Of a stretch of 45,685 nucleotides of DNA, positions 28,470-37,497 are shown piece by piece. The stretch's first letter is position 1. Each line of letters starts with the position of its first letter. The DNA comes from Candidatus Krumholzibacteriia bacterium (GTDB taxonomy: Bacteria; Krumholzibacteriota; Krumholzibacteriia; WVZY01). The stretch lies in assembly GCA_046754105.1 (NCBI GenBank), contig JBHHVD010000011.1, forward strand, positions 1 to 45,685, given 5' to 3'. The notes beneath the pieces were generated by a model. It was not told the origin of the DNA. It worked only from the letters and a program-made list of their open reading frames with translations, and made no database searches. The position numbers and the translations under genes are program-made.

Positions 28470-29675
28470 ATGGCAGGCAGTACCGACAAAGTGCCGGCGA
28501 TCGCCGGCGGGACACCCATCCGCGACGAATTCCTGCCGTTTTTCCGTCCGTCGATAGACGAGCAGGACGTGGAAAGCGTTGCCGCTACGCTGCGGTCCGG
28601 TTGGCTGACACTGGGGCCGCAAACGGCATCCTTCGAGGACGAATTGCGGGACTATCTCGGCGCGCGCAACGTGGTGGCCGTCGGCTCTTGCAGCGCCGCC
28701 ATGCTACTGGCCTTGAAAGCGCTGGGCGTCGGTCCCGGCGATGAGGTCGTAACGTCCGCGCTTACCTTCACCTCGACGGTACACGCGATCGTTCATGCCG
28801 GCGCCACGCCGGTCCTGGCGGACATCGAGATGGAGACGTTCGGACCCGCGCCCGCCCAGTTCGAACGGAAAACGACGCCGAGAACGCGGGCTTACCTGCC
28901 GGTTCACCTGGGCGGCCAGGCCTGCAGGATCGCCGACATACTTTCCCTGGCCGGTGCGGCCGGAATCCCGGTGATCGAGGATGCCGCGCACGGTTTCGGG
29001 GCCGAAGTGGGCGGGAAGAAAATCGGCCTGTTCGGGCGCGCGACGACCTTCAGTTTCTATGCGACCAAAAACCTCACCTGCGGCGAGGGCGGTTGCGTGT
29101 CCACCGACGACGACGCGCTGGCCGCCGCCGTGCGCCGGTTGTCGTACCACGGCATGTCGACGGATAGCTGGGCCCGGTACACCGAACGCGGATCCTGGTA
29201 CTACGACGTGGAGGAGGCGGGATACAAGTTCAACCTGAGCGACATTCTCTCATCGCTGGGCCGTTCCCAACTGAGAAAGATCGATGATCTCCTGCAAAAG
29301 AGGCGGCACGTCGCGGAACGGATGCTGGCGCGGCTGCAGGAGTCGCCGTACTTCACGGTGCCTCGAACCGCCTCCGGTAATTCGCACACCTGGCATCTCT
29401 TCGTGCTCTTGCTGAACCTCGATCGGCTCACCATCGACCGGGAGCGTTTCATCCGCGCGCTCGCGGCGGAGAGGATCGGCAGCTCGGTGCATTTCATTCC
29501 GGTATACAGGCACGCGTTCTTCCGGTCCTGCGGCGCGAATCCGGCCGACTACCCGCGCTGCGAGGACTATTTTTCGAGAAGCATTTCTCTCCCGATTTTT
29601 CCCGACATGGGGGACGGGGACGCCGACGACGTCGTGGACGCCCTGGTCCGGATCGCCGCCTTCTACGCAAAGTAA
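28470..29675 (+). CDS. DegT/DnrJ/EryC1/StrS PLP-dependent sugar aminotransferase
   Basis: SGWLTLGP, GPGDEVV, EDAAHGFG, FSFYATKNLTCGEGG, GYKFNLSD, SLPIFP. Confidence 0.93.
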   Translation: MAGSTDKVPAIAGGTPIRDEFLPFFRPSIDEQDVESVAATLRSGWLTLGPQTASFEDELRDYLGARNVVAVGSCSAAMLLALKALGVGPGDEVVTSALTFTSTVHAIVHAGATPVLADIEMETFGPAPAQFERKTTPRTRAYLPVHLGGQACRIADILSLAGAAGIPVIEDAAHGFGAEVGGKKIGLFGRATTFSFYATKNLTCGEGGCVSTDDDALAAAVRRLSYHGMSTDSWARYTERGSWYYDVEEAGYKFNLSDILSSLGRSQLRKIDDLLQKRRHVAERMLARLQESPYFTVPRTASGNSHTWHLFVLLLNLDRLTIDRERFIRALAAERIGSSVHFIPVYRHAFFRSCGANPADYPRCEDYFSRSISLPIFPDMGDGDADDVVDALVRIAAFYAK

Positions 29676-30637
29676 TGCGAATAGACATTCTCGATCATTT
29701 TCCCCGCGGGCTCGACGACCTGGCCCGGCAATCCAATGAAGCGACGTTCTACCACACGGCGGTGTGGCTGCAATGCCTGGCACACGCCTATCCCTCCCTG
29801 CGCCTGCGCGTCATCGTGGCCGTTGAGTCCGGCACCGTGTTCGGGTACCTGCCGTTCTTCGAGATCCGCCGGGGATCCGCGCGGCGTTTGTGGTCGCTGC
29901 CGTTCGGGACCTACGGGGGCCCGGTTACGCTCGGCGATCCCGATGTGGAACGGAAGCTGCTGGAAGCGCTGATCGCTTTGAAGGGCGAGGGCGGCGTACA
30001 CGAGGTCGGGCTCGTGGATTTTCGGGGGCGTCTGCCGGCGCAGGGGTTGAAGCGGAGTGCCGAGACCACGCACGTGCTGGACCTCGAGCCCGGGTTCGCG
30101 GAGCTGTGGTCCAGCCGATTCGAAAAATCGAAACGCCGTCAAACCCGGAAAGCCGAAAGAGAGGGCCTGGCGGTCCGGGAAGCGGCGTCGGCCGACGACG
30201 TCCGGCGTTACCACGCGATATACCTGCAGAAGTCGGATGTGTGGCGCCAGCCGGTGCGCTACCCGGAAGCGCTCTTCGTCGATCTCTTCGAACGCGGGGG
30301 CGAAAACGTGAAATTGTTTCTCGCCTGGAAGGATGATACGCTGCTCGGTGGACACCTGAATTTTTACTTCAAAGACACGATCATCGCCTGGAACGGGGTA
30401 ACGGCAGAGAGCAGCCGCGGCACCCAGGCCGGCACACTGCTGTACGCGAGGTGTATCAAGGAGGCGTGCGAAAAGGGGTACCGCTCTTACAACCTCGGGG
30501 CGAGCCTCGGCTCGGCGTCGCTGATCGAGTACAAGGAGGCGATCGGGGGGCGACCTTACTCATACACGACGCTTCGCTGGCGTTCGCTGGGTGGCAGAAT
30601 CGCCTCCGTCGTAATGAAGTACCTGCCGAAACGCTGA
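29675..30637 (+). CDS. FemAB/CelD-like GNAT acyl- or aminoacyltransferase
   Basis: ATFYHTAVW, SLPFGTYGGP, RRQTRKAEREGL, YNLGAS....LIEYKEAIGG, typical of FemAB-related GNATs in polysaccharide loci. Confidence 0.8.
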   Translation: MRIDILDHFPRGLDDLARQSNEATFYHTAVWLQCLAHAYPSLRLRVIVAVESGTVFGYLPFFEIRRGSARRLWSLPFGTYGGPVTLGDPDVERKLLEALIALKGEGGVHEVGLVDFRGRLPAQGLKRSAETTHVLDLEPGFAELWSSRFEKSKRRQTRKAEREGLAVREAASADDVRRYHAIYLQKSDVWRQPVRYPEALFVDLFERGGENVKLFLAWKDDTLLGGHLNFYFKDTIIAWNGVTAESSRGTQAGTLLYARCIKEACEKGYRSYNLGASLGSASLIEYKEAIGGRPYSYTTLRWRSLGGRIASVVMKYLPKR

Positions 30638-30641
30638 TTCC

Positions 30642-32192
30642 ATGACTACTCCAGCAACGAAGCGGAGAGGCGAATCCCGGTTTGTGCCCAACACGGTGGC
30701 GCTGGTTCTGCAGACGATCGTGGCCACGCTCATCACCCTGGCCCAGGTCAAGGTCCTCGCGAATTTCCTGCCGAAGGACACGTTTGGCCTCTTTGCCTCG
30801 CTGCGCGGTTTCTCGCTGTTATTGACGATCGTGGCCGCCAACGGGCTGCCGCAGCTGCTGGTTCGCTACCTTCCGGAGCATGAATCGAAGGGAGAGCGAC
30901 AGCGCGCGTTGCGCCTCAGCGCGTGGTGCGTCGCGGCGTCGCTCCTGCTCCTCGCCGTCCTTGCCGCGCTGGTTCATGTGCTGCGCCCCTGGCTCCTCGC
31001 GTTCACAGAGACTCCTTTCATGGGAACGGAGCTGCTGGCGTGGTTCTACGCGATGACGCTTGGCGTGATGCTGAAGACGGTCGTGTACGGCGGTTTGAAC
31101 GGACTACGGCGCCTGCGGTCGCAGATGGTTCTGGAGACGATTTCGCAACTGGCGCTGCTGACGTGGGTGGTCATCGAACGCGACCATCTGACGCTGGTAT
31201 TGCTCTTCAAGATCTTTGGAACCGTTCACATGGGTACGCTCGCCATGGGAGTACCGGTCTTGTTCTCTTCGCTGCTGCGTCTGCCGAAGGACCGCCCGCC
31301 GGGCGCCGGCGGACGTCGTGAGGGCTACGGGTATCGTCCCTACCTGGCCTGGGCCAGCGCGCTGAGTTTCGTTGCGCTCGCGTTCACCGACGTGGATCGG
31401 TATCTGCTGGCGCAATTGCTCACTCTGGAGGTTCTGGCCCTGTTCCATATCGGCGCGCGCGTGGGCAAGCTGGCCAACCGGTTGCTCGGCGTGTCCAACC
31501 TGGCTTTCCAGCCCGAGATCACCCGTTTGCAAGCGGAAGGGCGTACCTCCGGGATCGTGCGTTCCACCCGGATTTTCATCAAATTCAATTCGGCCCTGGC
31601 CGCGCTGCTGACGTTCGCCATAATCCTTTTCGCCAAGGAGATCTTGCTCGTTATCGCGAGCGGGGAGTATCTTGCCGCCGAGCCGCTGCTGATCATACTC
31701 GCTCTGTGCCTGCCGCCGACTACGGTGACCGCGCCCCTGACTGCCGTGATGAAAGCGCTCGATCAGGTTCGTGGAGCGCTGTTTTCGGACATCAGCTGGG
31801 CGGCTACCTACGTGGCCCTGATGATCGTTCTTGCTCCGAGCCTGGGGCTCGTCGGCGTCGGGTTCGCGCAGCTTTGTGCCTGCGTGCTGCAGTTGCTGGT
31901 CGCGCTGCGCCTGTCGAGCCTGGCAATCGGCCTGCGCTTCGTCACCGGGTTGATCCTGCGGCTGCTGTTCGCGGGCGCGGTGGCTTTTCTGCCCGTTTGG
32001 CTGACGGGGATGGTGGTGCCGGGCGTGCCTGGCGTCTACGTCGTGCTCGTAAAGATCGTTTTCTTTGCTGCGGGGCTGTACATCTTCAGGGGTTTGATAC
32101 GCAAGATGAGCGTTTTTACGGCGGAAGAACGGGATACCCTGTGCTCCATGTTCGAGAGCAGGGGAATCCGCTTCGTGCGTGGGGTGTTATGA
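30642..32192 (+). CDS. Wzx-like oligosaccharide flippase (MOP superfamily)
   Basis: About 13-14 hydrophobic segments; LPKDTFGLF, GLPQLLVRYLP, DVDRYLL, FAKEILLVIASGEY, LGLVGVG. Confidence 0.82.
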   Translation: MTTPATKRRGESRFVPNTVALVLQTIVATLITLAQVKVLANFLPKDTFGLFASLRGFSLLLTIVAANGLPQLLVRYLPEHESKGERQRALRLSAWCVAASLLLLAVLAALVHVLRPWLLAFTETPFMGTELLAWFYAMTLGVMLKTVVYGGLNGLRRLRSQMVLETISQLALLTWVVIERDHLTLVLLFKIFGTVHMGTLAMGVPVLFSSLLRLPKDRPPGAGGRREGYGYRPYLAWASALSFVALAFTDVDRYLLAQLLTLEVLALFHIGARVGKLANRLLGVSNLAFQPEITRLQAEGRTSGIVRSTRIFIKFNSALAALLTFAIILFAKEILLVIASGEYLAAEPLLIILALCLPPTTVTAPLTAVMKALDQVRGALFSDISWAATYVALMIVLAPSLGLVGVGFAQLCACVLQLLVALRLSSLAIGLRFVTGLILRLLFAGAVAFLPVWLTGMVVPGVPGVYVVLVKIVFFAAGLYIFRGLIRKMSVFTAEERDTLCSMFESRGIRFVRGVL

Positions 32193-33496
32193 AGCAGGGT
32201 GCCGCGAAAAAGCATCTCCTGATGATCGTCCCCTTCTTCCCGCCAAGCGCCGGCGGGGGCGTTCACCGGCCGTTGAGTTTTGTGAAGTATCTGGAGCGGT
32301 TCGGGTGGAGGGCGACGGTGCTCTCACCACGGCCGGATTCATACTGGATCGATGACGACACACTGGTCGCGGAGGTGCCCGCATCGTGCGCCGTGCATCG
32401 AACCGACTCGTTGAGCGGGCAGTTCGTCCTTTCCCGCCTGAGACCGAAGGCGCCGGCAAGGGCACAGGTTCGATCGAGCCGGCGGTTCGCGTTCCTGCGG
32501 CGTCTCGGCGCGTGGGTTCTGATCCCCGACACGTACGTCGGCTGGTATCCCTTCGCGGTTCGCGAGGGCCGGCGACTCCTGGCGCGCCAGGAGTTCGACG
32601 CCATTTACTCGACCTCTCCGCCGGAAACCGCCCACCTGGTGGGCCGCCGCCTGCACGGCCTGTCGGCGCTGCCGTGGGTCGCCGACTTTCGCGATCCTTG
32701 GATGAACCTGGACCTGCTGCCCACGCCGACACCGGTCCACCGATGGATGCACCGGCGACACGAGAGGAAAGTGTGCACGACCGCTTCGGTAGCCGTCACC
32801 AGCCGCTGGCACGAACGGCTCCTCCGCGAGCGCTACGCCGACTTGAAAGAGATCCGGCTGATACCGAACGGCTACGACCACGAAAAGTTCGAAGCGTTGC
32901 AGTGCTCGGTGCCGGCGACCGGGAAGTTGCAGATCCTTCACGCGGGCATGCTGACACAAAAGAGGAGCGCGGTTCCTTTCCTGCGTGGCTTGAGAGCTTT
33001 TCTCGAGAGCCATCCCGGGGCACGAGAGCGCTGCCGCGTCGTATTTGTGGGCCCGCGCGAGAGCGAGAACGACCGCTACGTGGATGCGCTTGGGCTGTCG
33101 GCGATCGTGGAGTTTCGAGACAGCGTGACACATGCGGAGTCGTTGAAAATGGAACGGCGCTCGCATATACTTCTCTTGCTCAAACACGTGGACCCGGCGT
33201 ATCGGGGTATCGTTCCCGGCAAGCTGTACGAGTACCTCGGCGCGCGGCGCCCGATACTCGCACTGGCCCCCGAAGGCGAGGCGGGAGATCTCATCCGCCG
33301 GCTGGGACGCGGCGAAGTAGCCCGGCAGGAGGACGAGCAGGAGATCGCGGAACGGATCGGTCGCATGTACGAGAAGTACCTGCGGGGTTCGCTCGACCGG
33401 GACTATGATTTGTCCACGATCCCGGATTGCACCAGGGAAGGGAATGCCGGGAAACTCGCCGATTACCTGGATCACATTACCGCCAACCGGAAGTAG
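32189..33496 (+). CDS. GT4-like glycosyltransferase
   Basis: FFPPSAGGGVHR, STSPP, WVADFRDPW, IPNGYD, PGKLYEYLGARRPILA. ATG 32189 overlaps the previous stop (ATGA). Confidence 0.87.
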   Translation: MKQGAAKKHLLMIVPFFPPSAGGGVHRPLSFVKYLERFGWRATVLSPRPDSYWIDDDTLVAEVPASCAVHRTDSLSGQFVLSRLRPKAPARAQVRSSRRFAFLRRLGAWVLIPDTYVGWYPFAVREGRRLLARQEFDAIYSTSPPETAHLVGRRLHGLSALPWVADFRDPWMNLDLLPTPTPVHRWMHRRHERKVCTTASVAVTSRWHERLLRERYADLKEIRLIPNGYDHEKFEALQCSVPATGKLQILHAGMLTQKRSAVPFLRGLRAFLESHPGARERCRVVFVGPRESENDRYVDALGLSAIVEFRDSVTHAESLKMERRSHILLLLKHVDPAYRGIVPGKLYEYLGARRPILALAPEGEAGDLIRRLGRGEVARQEDEQEIAERIGRMYEKYLRGSLDRDYDLSTIPDCTREGNAGKLADYLDHITANRK

Positions 33497-33503
33497 ATTC
33501 GAG

Positions 33504-35012
33504 TTGAAAGATCGGCTCCGGGGAACCGTCGTACCAGTGGTTGTGTTCGTGTCGTTGATGCTCCCTCTTTGGGGCGGTTTCACCGACGACGGCTACATCC
33601 ATATCCAGTACGCCAATAACATCATCACGCGGGGCGAGTATAGTTTTAACCCGGGCGAGGTGTCGTTCGGAACCACGAGCCCGCTGTGGGTAATGGCCCA
33701 CGCGGCGATCGGCAAGCTCGCCGGTGGGGGCGAGCGCCTCATGGCCACGAGCCGGGTGCTCTCCTGGCTAGGCGGTATCGTTTCCGTGGTTCTCATATAC
33801 GTGCTGGCGCGAGCGATGGGTCTCGGGCCGTGGATGGCCTGGCTCTGCACGCTGGCCTTCGGTGCCCACGCCTGGCTGGTGCGGTGGACGGCGTTGGCCA
33901 TGGAGAGCTCGTCGGCGGTCGCGGCGTTGACGGCGACCGGAATCGCGTCGCTGGGCGCGTTCCAGGACGAGCGTCGCGCGTGGAGACTTGGTTTCTTCAT
34001 GGCCGTCGCCTCGCTGCTCCGCCCGGAAGCGTATCTCTTGCTGCCCGTGTACCTGGGGACGGTTTTGCTGCAACGCCGGCGTGTTCGTGCCGCGTGCGTA
34101 GTGAGGACCGTTGCCATCTACGCGGCGCTGCTGGTGCCGTGGCTGCTTTTCGCCCGCCTGCACATCGGCGCGTTCCTGCCGAACACCGCCGGTGCCAAGA
34201 GCGGCGGGCTCGTCCTTAACCCCGTCGTGCTGCTGGAAAAGCTGATCCCGATCGCGAAGATCGTTGCCAGCGCCGAGGCGATCCCCGTTCTTCTCATTAT
34301 CGCCGCTGTCGTGGTCTTGAAAAGGAAGAGCCGCGTCTTGTCGGTGGAATCCCGGTTTCTCGCCACGTGGATCGTTACCCTTCCTTTGGCGTACGCCGTG
34401 TTCGATATACAAGTGCTGTCGCGTTACATGCTTCTCACGAGCCCGTTCGTCGTCGTTCTCGGTTATGTGGCACTGGATGAATGCTCGGGCGCTCTCGCGT
34501 GGGTGAGACAGCGGCGGCGGGCGGTGGCGGCAGCGGTAACACTCGCCGCGGTCGGGCTCAACGTCGTCTTGTACTTTCAGGTCGTCGTCGGGCCCTCGAG
34601 GGCTTTTTCGAGCGACCTTACACACGGTCTCAAGGAACTCGGCACGTTTCTCGACCGCAATGCGCCGGCAGACGCCGTGGTCGCGGCCGCTGACATCGGC
34701 TATCTTGCGTTCTATTCCCACCGCCGCGTACTGGACCTAGGCGGCCTCGTCGAGGACGTTACGGCGAGGCTGCGCGCGCGCTACACCTACGAGGAAATCG
34801 TGGATCGGGGTCTTTACCTTGGAATACCGGCGTACCCGCGCGTTGACTATTTCATCGACCGGGTGAAGGTCGCCGAACGCTTCGATGGCTCCGTTATCAA
34901 CGGCCACCGTTTCGAGGCTCTGCGCGTGACGCGTGTGCGCAACCTGGGCATCAAGAAACCGGGACCCTTCTACTATACACTGTACCGTCTGGAGCCCGTC
35001 GAAGATGGCTAG
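33504..35012 (+). CDS. Multi-pass GT-C-type glycosyltransferase (DD motif; ArnT/PMT-like fold)
   Basis: TDDGYIHIQYANN...FNPGE..FGTTSPLW, LLRPE, LPNT..AK, RY, DIGYLAFYS...LDLGGLV. Start uncertain (TTG 33504 chosen). Confidence 0.72.
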   Translation: MKDRLRGTVVPVVVFVSLMLPLWGGFTDDGYIHIQYANNIITRGEYSFNPGEVSFGTTSPLWVMAHAAIGKLAGGGERLMATSRVLSWLGGIVSVVLIYVLARAMGLGPWMAWLCTLAFGAHAWLVRWTALAMESSSAVAALTATGIASLGAFQDERRAWRLGFFMAVASLLRPEAYLLLPVYLGTVLLQRRRVRAACVVRTVAIYAALLVPWLLFARLHIGAFLPNTAGAKSGGLVLNPVVLLEKLIPIAKIVASAEAIPVLLIIAAVVVLKRKSRVLSVESRFLATWIVTLPLAYAVFDIQVLSRYMLLTSPFVVVLGYVALDECSGALAWVRQRRRAVAAAVTLAAVGLNVVLYFQVVVGPSRAFSSDLTHGLKELGTFLDRNAPADAVVAAADIGYLAFYSHRRVLDLGGLVEDVTARLRARYTYEEIVDRGLYLGIPAYPRVDYFIDRVKVAERFDGSVINGHRFEALRVTRVRNLGIKKPGPFYYTLYRLEPVEDG

Positions 35013-35811
35013 GATCACGCTCCCCGATATACGAATCCCGGACTCGCTCGCGGCCGATGAGATGCCGGACCTGCTGCGGTACTGGTATCTCGGTTCCAGG
35101 GCGCGCCGGCACATGGCGCTGCGCCGTTTCGACGAGGTGGACCGCCGGCTCGACGTTACGCCCGGTCAGCCCACGTTGGACATCGGATCGGCCTGGGGGT
35201 ATAACGTCATGGCGCTCGCCACGCTCGGCGCGCGCGCGGTCGGTATGGATCTTGTCGTCGATCAATTCGAGGTCGGGTCGCGTATCGCGGCGGAAAACGG
35301 AATCGACTTTCCGGTGGTCGGCGGCGACGCGGCCAGGCTCCCGTTCGATGACGGCGCTTTCGAAGGCATCACCCTGGTGGAGGCGTTCGAGCACGTATTC
35401 GAAGACGACCGCAGCCAGGTCCTGCGCGAGTGCCATCGCGTGCTACGGCCGGGTGGGAAGCTCGTCATGTCCACTCCGAACTACCACGGCATCGTGGAGG
35501 GATTCAAGCGACTCGCCGTCCATCTGCCGTGGCTCAAACGGCGATTACCCACCATGTGCTATCCGGCCGCGGACATCGACCGCCCCGCGTATCACCCCTA
35601 CCAGTATCACCGGCCGGCCACGGCGCGGTCGATCTGCCGTTATCTCCGGCAGGCAGGGTTTCGCTGGACGCGGGTGAGCTATTTCCTCTTTGTGACCAAG
35701 AACACGCCCGACCGGATGTTCCCGCTGGTCCGCGCCGCCGAACTCCTGCTGGAGAAAACCCCTCTCCTGAAACGACTTGCGGCGACCGTCTGCGTTGTCG
35801 CCGGCCGCTGA
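35005..35811 (+). CDS. Class I SAM-dependent methyltransferase
   Basis: TLDIGSAWG, GDAARLPFDDGAF, EAFEHV, RVLRPGGKLVMSTPN. Confidence 0.88.
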   Translation: MARITLPDIRIPDSLAADEMPDLLRYWYLGSRARRHMALRRFDEVDRRLDVTPGQPTLDIGSAWGYNVMALATLGARAVGMDLVVDQFEVGSRIAAENGIDFPVVGGDAARLPFDDGAFEGITLVEAFEHVFEDDRSQVLRECHRVLRPGGKLVMSTPNYHGIVEGFKRLAVHLPWLKRRLPTMCYPAADIDRPAYHPYQYHRPATARSICRYLRQAGFRWTRVSYFLFVTKNTPDRMFPLVRAAELLLEKTPLLKRLAATVCVVAGR

Positions 35812-35941
35812 CTCTATTCCACCCACACGCCCCCCCCACGGGCCGTCCAAGGCACGTGCTTCCATAAGCCACATTATCATAACTAGTTAGGTACTACCCA
35901 ACGGACCCGACAGCAGGTTTCCCAAAAACATGATTTTGAGC

Positions 35942-35971
35942 TTGACCGGGTTCCCAAAAAGCACCTATTCT
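35942..35971 (+). promoter_or_regulatory. Putative dcw (mraZ) promoter
   Basis: TTGACC (35942-35947), 18 bp, TATTCT (35966-35971), in an AT-richer intergenic region with nearby TGGG/CCCA motifs. Confidence 0.55.
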
Positions 35972-36042
35972 CTGGTCCATTGTGGGAGTCAATCCCAAAT
36001 TCGCTCGGTTTCAAACGTTAAATCGGATATTTTGCTATTTAT

Positions 36043-36486
36043 ATGAATAACTACTTCAACGAAAAGGCCGTGCTGTCGATCGACCCGAAGGGCCGCTTCC
36101 TGCTCCCAAAGGACGTGCGCAGCGAGTTCAAGATCAAGAAGGGCGACGTCCTCTTCCTCCTGCCCGACTTCTCGGCCCTGCCCTACCTCGAAATCCGCAC
36201 CCGTGCTCAGTGGGAGCTCTACTGCCGGCGCCTGCGGGAGGACGAGGGGAGCGAAGAGAAAAAGAACACGTTTCGCTACGCGATGCTCGCCAAAGAGACG
36301 GCGACCGTCGACGGAGGGGGCAGGATTCTGGTTCCGCACAGGATCAAGAAGGCGTGCGGTCTCGACGGCACCGTGGCCGTGATCAATATGGCGATCTATA
36401 TCGAGGTGTGGGCAAGTGACCACATGGAGAAAAAATACCCCGACTTGGTAAAGGCTTTCAAGAAAACGAACGATCGGACCTTTTGA
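36043..36486 (+). CDS. mraZ: Transcriptional regulator MraZ
   Basis: Two AbrB-like repeats, IDPKGRFLLP and VDGGGRILVP, plus IEVW; first gene of the dcw cluster. Confidence 0.9.
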   Translation: MNNYFNEKAVLSIDPKGRFLLPKDVRSEFKIKKGDVLFLLPDFSALPYLEIRTRAQWELYCRRLREDEGSEEKKNTFRYAMLAKETATVDGGGRILVPHRIKKACGLDGTVAVINMAIYIEVWASDHMEKKYPDLVKAFKKTNDRTF

Positions 36487-36563
36487 TGTCTGTGACCTTG
36501 TCCGTGGATTATTTCCACACCGGTACGGGTTTACTCGATGATTCGTTTGCGCGGAGGTCTTCG

Positions 36564-37484
36564 ATGGCTCACACGCCGGTAATGGTCAACGAGACCTTGA
36601 AACGCCTCCTGCACGCGGAGTCACGGCGAATACTCGATTGCACGCTGGGCGCCGGTGGCCACGCCAGGGCGATTCTCGAGGCAAACAGCAATGTGTCGCT
36701 GATCGGCATCGACCGCGACAGCCGGGCGCTCGCGGGTGCACGCCGGCTCCTCGAGCCGTACGGGTCGCGGGTGCGCATCGTCGAAGGCAGCTACGTCGAT
36801 ACCGGGCGAGCGCTGGCGGACGACACGGGCGCGGACGGGATCCTCGTGGACCTTGGCGTTTCCAGCCTGCAACTCGACGAGAGCTCCCGCGGATTCAGCC
36901 ATGGCAACGACGGCCCGCTCGATATGCGAATGGGTTCCGATGGGCCGACGGCGAAGTCCCTGATCGAAGACGCCTCGGTGGAGGAACTGGCGCGGATCCT
37001 CAGAGTGTACGGAGAGGTTCGGGGTGCCGCGCGCATCGCCAAATCGATCCGCCGGGCGGCGGACGGCGGCGAGATGTCAACGACCTTCGACCTCAGACGT
37101 GCCGTCGATGCCGCGCTGACCGGCAGGCCGTCACCGGCGCTTCTCAGCAAGGTGTTCCAGTCGATCCGCATCGCCCTCAACGAAGAACTCAAGAACCTAG
37201 AAGCGTTTCTGCTCGGCGTGCTCGACCACCTGCGCCCGAACGGGCGTCTCGTCATCATCAGTTACCACTCACTGGAGGACCGAATGGTCAAGGAGTTCCT
37301 GAAACGGGAATCGACGGACTGTCTTTGTCCCCCTGCGGTTCCGCGCTGTGTTTGCCAGCACCGGGCAACGCTGGAGGTTCTCACCCGGCGGCTGCTTAGA
37401 CCATCCGCCACGGAACTAAGGGCCAATCCGCGATCGCGGAGCGCAGGCCTGCGGGCGGCCCGTGCTCTCGGGCGGCAGAAATAA
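36564..37484 (+). CDS. rsmH: 16S rRNA m4C1402 methyltransferase RsmH
   Basis: HTPVM, DCTLGAGGH, DLGVSSLQLD, GPLDMRM, FQSIRIALNEEL, ISYHSLEDRMVK, NPRSRSA. GGAGG RBS before ATG 36564. Confidence 0.96.
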   Translation: MAHTPVMVNETLKRLLHAESRRILDCTLGAGGHARAILEANSNVSLIGIDRDSRALAGARRLLEPYGSRVRIVEGSYVDTGRALADDTGADGILVDLGVSSLQLDESSRGFSHGNDGPLDMRMGSDGPTAKSLIEDASVEELARILRVYGEVRGAARIAKSIRRAADGGEMSTTFDLRRAVDAALTGRPSPALLSKVFQSIRIALNEELKNLEAFLLGVLDHLRPNGRLVIISYHSLEDRMVKEFLKRESTDCLCPPAVPRCVCQHRATLEVLTRRLLRPSATELRANPRSRSAGLRAARALGRQK

Positions 37485-37497
37485 GGAGTGTGACCAG

